DNA of 36,324 nt, taken from positions 1 through 36,324 of the forward strand of contig JACPDV010000037.1 in the NCBI GenBank assembly GCA_016183835.1, written 5' to 3'. Of the stretch, positions 33,673 to 36,324 are shown piece by piece; within the stretch, counting starts at the first letter, position 1, and every line of letters starts with the position of its first letter. The position numbers and the translations under genes are program-made. The notes under the pieces were generated by a model. The model searched no databases, was not told the origin of the DNA, and saw nothing but the letters and a program-made list of their open reading frames with translations. The stretch comes from Armatimonadota bacterium (GTDB taxonomy: Bacteria > Armatimonadota > UBA10988).

Positions 33673-34450
33673 GATTGGGCTTGTGCTGCTGTCTGCCTGC
33701 GGGCGCCCGGCCTCCGCACAGAGCCGTTCAGTCGCTGCTCTGGTCCCGCCCGCCTGGGAGCCCGGCCTGGTCTACTACCAGTCGTTTGACGCCGAGCAGG
33801 GATTGCCGGAGGTGAACACCGGTGGGCTGCAGGCCCAGATGGCGCTGGGCCTCTGCGCCGGCGGGTTCCGCGGGCGGTGCGGCGGACCGGAGGGCGCCGG
33901 CGACCCCAACCAGAAGGCCCTCCGGCTGGTGGCGAAGGACGACACCCTCTCGCCCCACCACCCACTCTCCGTCCTGCTGTGGTGGAGGCTGCCCGCCGAC
34001 CTGCCCGTCAACGGCGGGTTCGACATCCTCTACGTCAACGCCAGGCAGGGCTTCGTCAGCACCTTCGCCCGCGGCGGGCCGTGGTGCGGGCTGGCCGCGA
34101 CCGCCGGCGTGGTGCAGGTCTACTACCTCCCCGGGATCAGCAACGTCAACGGCATCTACGCCTCGCCGCTGCGCGCGGGGCTCGACCTGCGCGGCGGCGT
34201 GTGGCACCACAGCGCGATGGTGATCAGCGCCGGCTCGTTGGTGGAGGTCTACACCGACGGCGCGAAGGTGTTCGAGACCCGCATCCAGGGCCGGCCGTTC
34301 GCCGCGGAGGACGAGTTCCGCACGCTCACACTGGGCGGGTGGGGGCTGTCCATCGACGAGGCGATGGTGCTGCGCCGGCCGCTCGACGCCGAGAGCCTCG
34401 CCGACTACGTGCGCGGCATGTGGCAGATGCGTGCGGCGTATGGATGGTGA
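33668..34450 (+). CDS. putative lipoprotein with a LamG/concanavalin-A-like lectin domain
   Basis: MTIGLVLLSAC has a lipobox (LSAC). The later ...WHHSAMVISAGSLVEVYTDGAKV... is LamG-like. An in-frame alternative ATG at 33518 would translate both repeat copies (LANAIASS.DLLAMT twice), which seems unlikely. Confidence 0.55.
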   Translation: MTIGLVLLSACGRPASAQSRSVAALVPPAWEPGLVYYQSFDAEQGLPEVNTGGLQAQMALGLCAGGFRGRCGGPEGAGDPNQKALRLVAKDDTLSPHHPLSVLLWWRLPADLPVNGGFDILYVNARQGFVSTFARGGPWCGLAATAGVVQVYYLPGISNVNGIYASPLRAGLDLRGGVWHHSAMVISAGSLVEVYTDGAKVFETRIQGRPFAAEDEFRTLTLGGWGLSIDEAMVLRRPLDAESLADYVRGMWQMRAAYGW

Positions 34451-34454
34451 GCGG

Positions 34455-35016
34455 TCACTTGCCGCAACGGCCGCCTTGGTTGTGCGGCAGGCGGGCGATG
34501 CCCTCGGCCAGCGGGCAGTAGCCGGTGCCGCCGGCCATCAACAGGCCGCAGCCCATGAAGCCGGGCAGGATCAGGAACCAGGGCGACACCAGCACGCCCA
34601 GCAGCGTCGCCGGCGCCCACCGTGAGCTGCGTCTGGCGGAGCACGCTGAGGTGCGCCTTGCCGGTGCTCTCGACCGCGTAGCCGGCCTCCTGCCAACCTG
34701 TCACGCCGGCCTCGAAGCAATAGACCTCGGTGCAGCCGGCGTCGAGCAGTCGCTTGGCCGCCTGACCCGCGCGCATGCCGGACTGGCAGTGGAGCACGAG
34801 CTTGCGCCCGTCCTTCGGCTGGACCGCCGCGCAGTCGAACTTTGACAGCGGCATGAGCCTCGAACCGGGAATGTGCGCCGCGGCGTGCTCCGCCGGCTCG
34901 CGTACGTCCACCAGGACCGCCTCGCCGCGCTCGAGCCAGCCCTTGAGCGTCGCTGCGTCCACCGTCTTGAACCCGACTTCACGTGCCGCTACCGGCGCCG
35001 CCACTGCCTGTGCCAT
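34455..35016 (-). pseudogene. rhodanese-domain protein fused to a DUF2892 (YgaP-like) membrane domain; frame broken by a 1-nt indel near 34605-34618
   Basis: Rhodanese domain: LVDVREPAEHAAAHIPGS...LHCQSGMRAGQAA (active-site CxxxxxR loop). After ...RQTQLTVGAG the listed frame becomes Arg/Pro-rich and overlaps the convergent gene. The +1 frame reads TLLGVLVSPWFLILPGFMGCGLLMAGGTGYCPLAEGIARLPHN...K-stop (34455-34457), the canonical DUF2892 pattern. Start is ATG 35016 with GGAG upstream. Confidence 0.75.
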
Positions 35017-35171
35017 GTTCGCTCTCCAACGTTCCCCGAGTCCCTTAACGCTCAAATACCCCCAGGGGTTTCTAGAGTGTGGCACAGATGTGGGAAGCGG
35101 TCAAGTCGGTGGCTGGGGCGGGCGGCGCGACAGGCACACGTTGTGGCGAATCGCGGCACGTCGCCGAGAGG

Positions 35172-35199
35172 GTGTGGCACTGGCAGTCTGCTGCCAGTG
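35172..35199 (+). repeat. palindromic repeat unit U1 (GTGTGGCACTGGCAG-tctg-CTGCCAGTG)
   Basis: A 9-bp perfect stem: cactggcag (35178-35186) pairs with ctgccagtg (35191-35199). The loop is 4 nt. Confidence 0.85.
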
Positions 35200-35245
35200 T
35201 CCGGGGACCCCCAGAACGGGCCCGCCCGGCCGGACCGTGGATCCA

Positions 35246-35273
35246 GTGTGCCACAGGCAGCTTGCTGCCAGTG
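35246..35273 (+). repeat. palindromic repeat unit U2 (GTGTGCCACAGGCAG-cttg-CTGCCAGTG)
   Basis: Same architecture as U1, with one stem mismatch (cacAggcag). Direct orientation relative to U1. Confidence 0.85.
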
Positions 35274-35338
35274 TCTGCGAGGGCATCGTCGGCGCTGAAC
35301 GTGCGGACGTATCAGGTGCAGCCAGCAGGTCTCCGGCG

Positions 35339-35367
35339 CACTGGCAGACAAGCTGCCAGTGGCACAC
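35339..35367 (-). repeat. palindromic repeat unit U3, inverted orientation (CACTGGCAG-acaag-CTGCCAGTGGCACAC)
   Basis: The reverse complement reads GTGTGCCACTGGCAGcttgtCTGCCAGTG, the U1/U2 unit in opposite orientation. The 9-bp stem is perfect. Confidence 0.85.
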
Positions 35368-35474
35368 CCCGGGGGCAACGCAGGGCCCGCAGGGTGTGCC
35401 GTGGCCCTTCGCCGGGGCGTCCGGGTAGCGCCACAGCCGCGGCACGCCGTCGAGGCACAGGATCTGTCCGGCGT

Positions 35475-36062
35475 CTACGCCAGCTCCTCGCGCAGCCTGG
35501 CCAGGGCCACCTTCACCCGGCTGCGCAGCGTGCTCTCCGGCAGGCCCGTCAGCTCCCCCATCGTGACGTACGATTCGCCCGCCAGGAACCGCAGCCGGAC
35601 GGCTTCCGCCTGCCCCGCCGGCAGCCTCGCCAGGGCCTGCCGCACGCGCTCGGCCTCCTCGCGCCGCAGGACGATCACCTCGGGACCCTCGTCGTCCGGC
35701 AGCGCCTCGGCGAGGGGCTCCGCCATCAGCGTCACGCGCCGGAGCCACCCGCACCGCTCCTGGTCCCTGGCCACGTTCACCGCGATCCGGCCCAGCCAGG
35801 CCGACACTTCGCCCCCGCGATAGCCCACTGCTCCGCGCCAGGCGCGCAGAAACGTCTCCTGCACCAGATCGGGCGTGAGGTGCGGATCGTCGGTGAGCGA
35901 GGAGATCAGGCGCCCCACCAGCCCGCTGTAGCGCTGCACCAAGGCTTCCAGGGCCGCGCTGTCGCCCGCGCGGAGGTGCTGGACGAGATCCTCGTCGCGC
36001 TCCGGCGCAGCGGGTGACCGGACGTTGCGGTCTTCTGCGGTTACCTCGATACGGCCCGTCAT
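35475..36062 (-). CDS. ECF (sigma-70 family group IV) RNA polymerase sigma factor
   Basis: The start was chosen at MTGRIEV (ATG 36062), which overlaps the upstream stop as ATGA. Region 2 (DLVQETFLRAWR) and region 4 (LPAGQAEAVRLRFLAGESYVTMGELTGLPESTLRSRVKVALARLRE) are canonical. Confidence 0.9.
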   Translation of the reverse strand: MTGRIEVTAEDRNVRSPAAPERDEDLVQHLRAGDSAALEALVQRYSGLVGRLISSLTDDPHLTPDLVQETFLRAWRGAVGYRGGEVSAWLGRIAVNVARDQERCGWLRRVTLMAEPLAEALPDDEGPEVIVLRREEAERVRQALARLPAGQAEAVRLRFLAGESYVTMGELTGLPESTLRSRVKVALARLREELA

Positions 36063-36324
36063 GGTTCCCCACCCAAGCGTACCCCGCTCGGGGCATGCTC
36101 TGCCAGCGCGCGGTCCAGACGCTCGGTCTCGAGGTCCATCACCCGCGGCGCCAACCGTCCTGCCCGGTCCATCGCCATCACCAGCGGCACCTTCCAGTAG
36201 AGTGCGACCACCAGGAACACCGCCGCCAACGGCAACGCGAGCGCCGCCCACGAGCGCCGGACGAAGTCGAGGCGCGGCGGGATGGTCCACGGCCCAGCCT
36301 CGAGGACCCACTCGACGAACCGGT
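36059..36324 (-). CDS. hypothetical membrane protein, C-terminal fragment (5' end outside the window), translationally coupled to the ECF sigma gene
   Basis: This is not in the ORF track because it has no start in the window. The minus-strand frame reads RFVEWVLEAGPWTIPPRLDFVRRSWAALALPLAAVFLVVALYWKVPLVMAMDRAGRLAPRVMDLETERLDRALAEHAPSGVRLGGEP-stop. It has strongly G/C-biased third positions and one TM helix. Its TGA overlaps the sigma ATG. Confidence 0.5.
   Translation of the reverse strand, partial: RFVEWVLEAGPWTIPPRLDFVRRSWAALALPLAAVFLVVALYWKVPLVMAMDRAGRLAPRVMDLETERLDRALAEHAPSGVRLGGEP

Noticed and set aside
35173-35195. Sigma-54 promoter (TGGCAC-N5-TTGC) suggested by TGGCAC/GGCAG motifs in the repeats.
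   Set aside because: The GG and GC elements are not at the required spacing in any of the three units (off by at least 1-2 nt), and the TTGC element is absent.
35172-35367. Possible miniature CRISPR array formed by the three 28-29-nt palindromic repeats.
   Set aside because: There are only three copies, one of them inverted. Spacer lengths are irregular (46 and 65 nt). There are no cas genes in the window and no leader. The architecture does not fit CRISPR.
1-36324. Scan for tRNA, rRNA, tmRNA, riboswitch-like leaders, integrase/transposase genes and defence-system hallmark genes (Cas, restriction-modification, reverse transcriptase, STAND NTPases).
   Set aside because: Nothing resembling these could be supported by eye. 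The only mobile- or defence-type content is the VapBC pair and the GIY-YIG cassette. Covariance-model searches would be needed to exclude small ncRNAs.

Overview
This is a 36.3-kb, very GC-rich (about 70% by eye) bacterial chromosomal segment. I support about 30 protein-coding genes on both strands. I found no rRNA, tRNA or CRISPR array. Genes are tightly packed, with several 1-4 nt start/stop overlaps. As expected at this GC content, nearly every real gene is shadowed by long Arg/Pro/Gly/Ala-rich ORFs in other frames.

Gene content is dominated by secreted glycan and amino-sugar metabolism:
- a heparinase II/III-like lyase
- a GH-A-type TIM-barrel hydrolase with a C-terminal CBM
- two large secreted CBM-like proteins
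- NagB
- three amidohydrolases
- a Gfo/Idh/MocA oxidoreductase
- an SDR epimerase
- a URO-D-like protein

Housekeeping and accessory genes include:
- MutS2
- two SurA/PrsA-like parvulin proteins
- a CocE/NonD hydrolase
- a duplicated creatininase-fold protein
- an SPFH/stomatin protein
- a TMEM14-like protein
- an MddA/ICMT-like methyltransferase
- an ECF sigma factor
- a VapBC toxin-antitoxin pair
- a prepilin-type DUF1559/H-X9-DG protein, a family typical of Planctomycetota/PVC/Armatimonadota-like lineages (taxonomic inference only)

The most interesting non-standard signals are:
1. A small GIY-YIG nuclease gene is bracketed by ~50-nt inverted repeats. The unit sits between an orphaned ribosome-binding leader and the ORF that leader apparently served, which looks like an uncharacterised mobile cassette.
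2. A 458-bp non-coding region carries three copies of a 28-29-nt palindromic repeat.
3. The MutS2 gene has an in-frame loss of the Walker A (P-loop) segment.
4. There are three apparent single-base frame disruptions: in a metallophosphoesterase-HAD fusion, in a rhodanese-DUF2892 gene, and at the 5' end of the glycoside hydrolase.
5. Two other families of structured GC-rich intergenic hairpin elements are present.
6. Several catalytic/degenerate paralog pairs are translationally coupled or fused.
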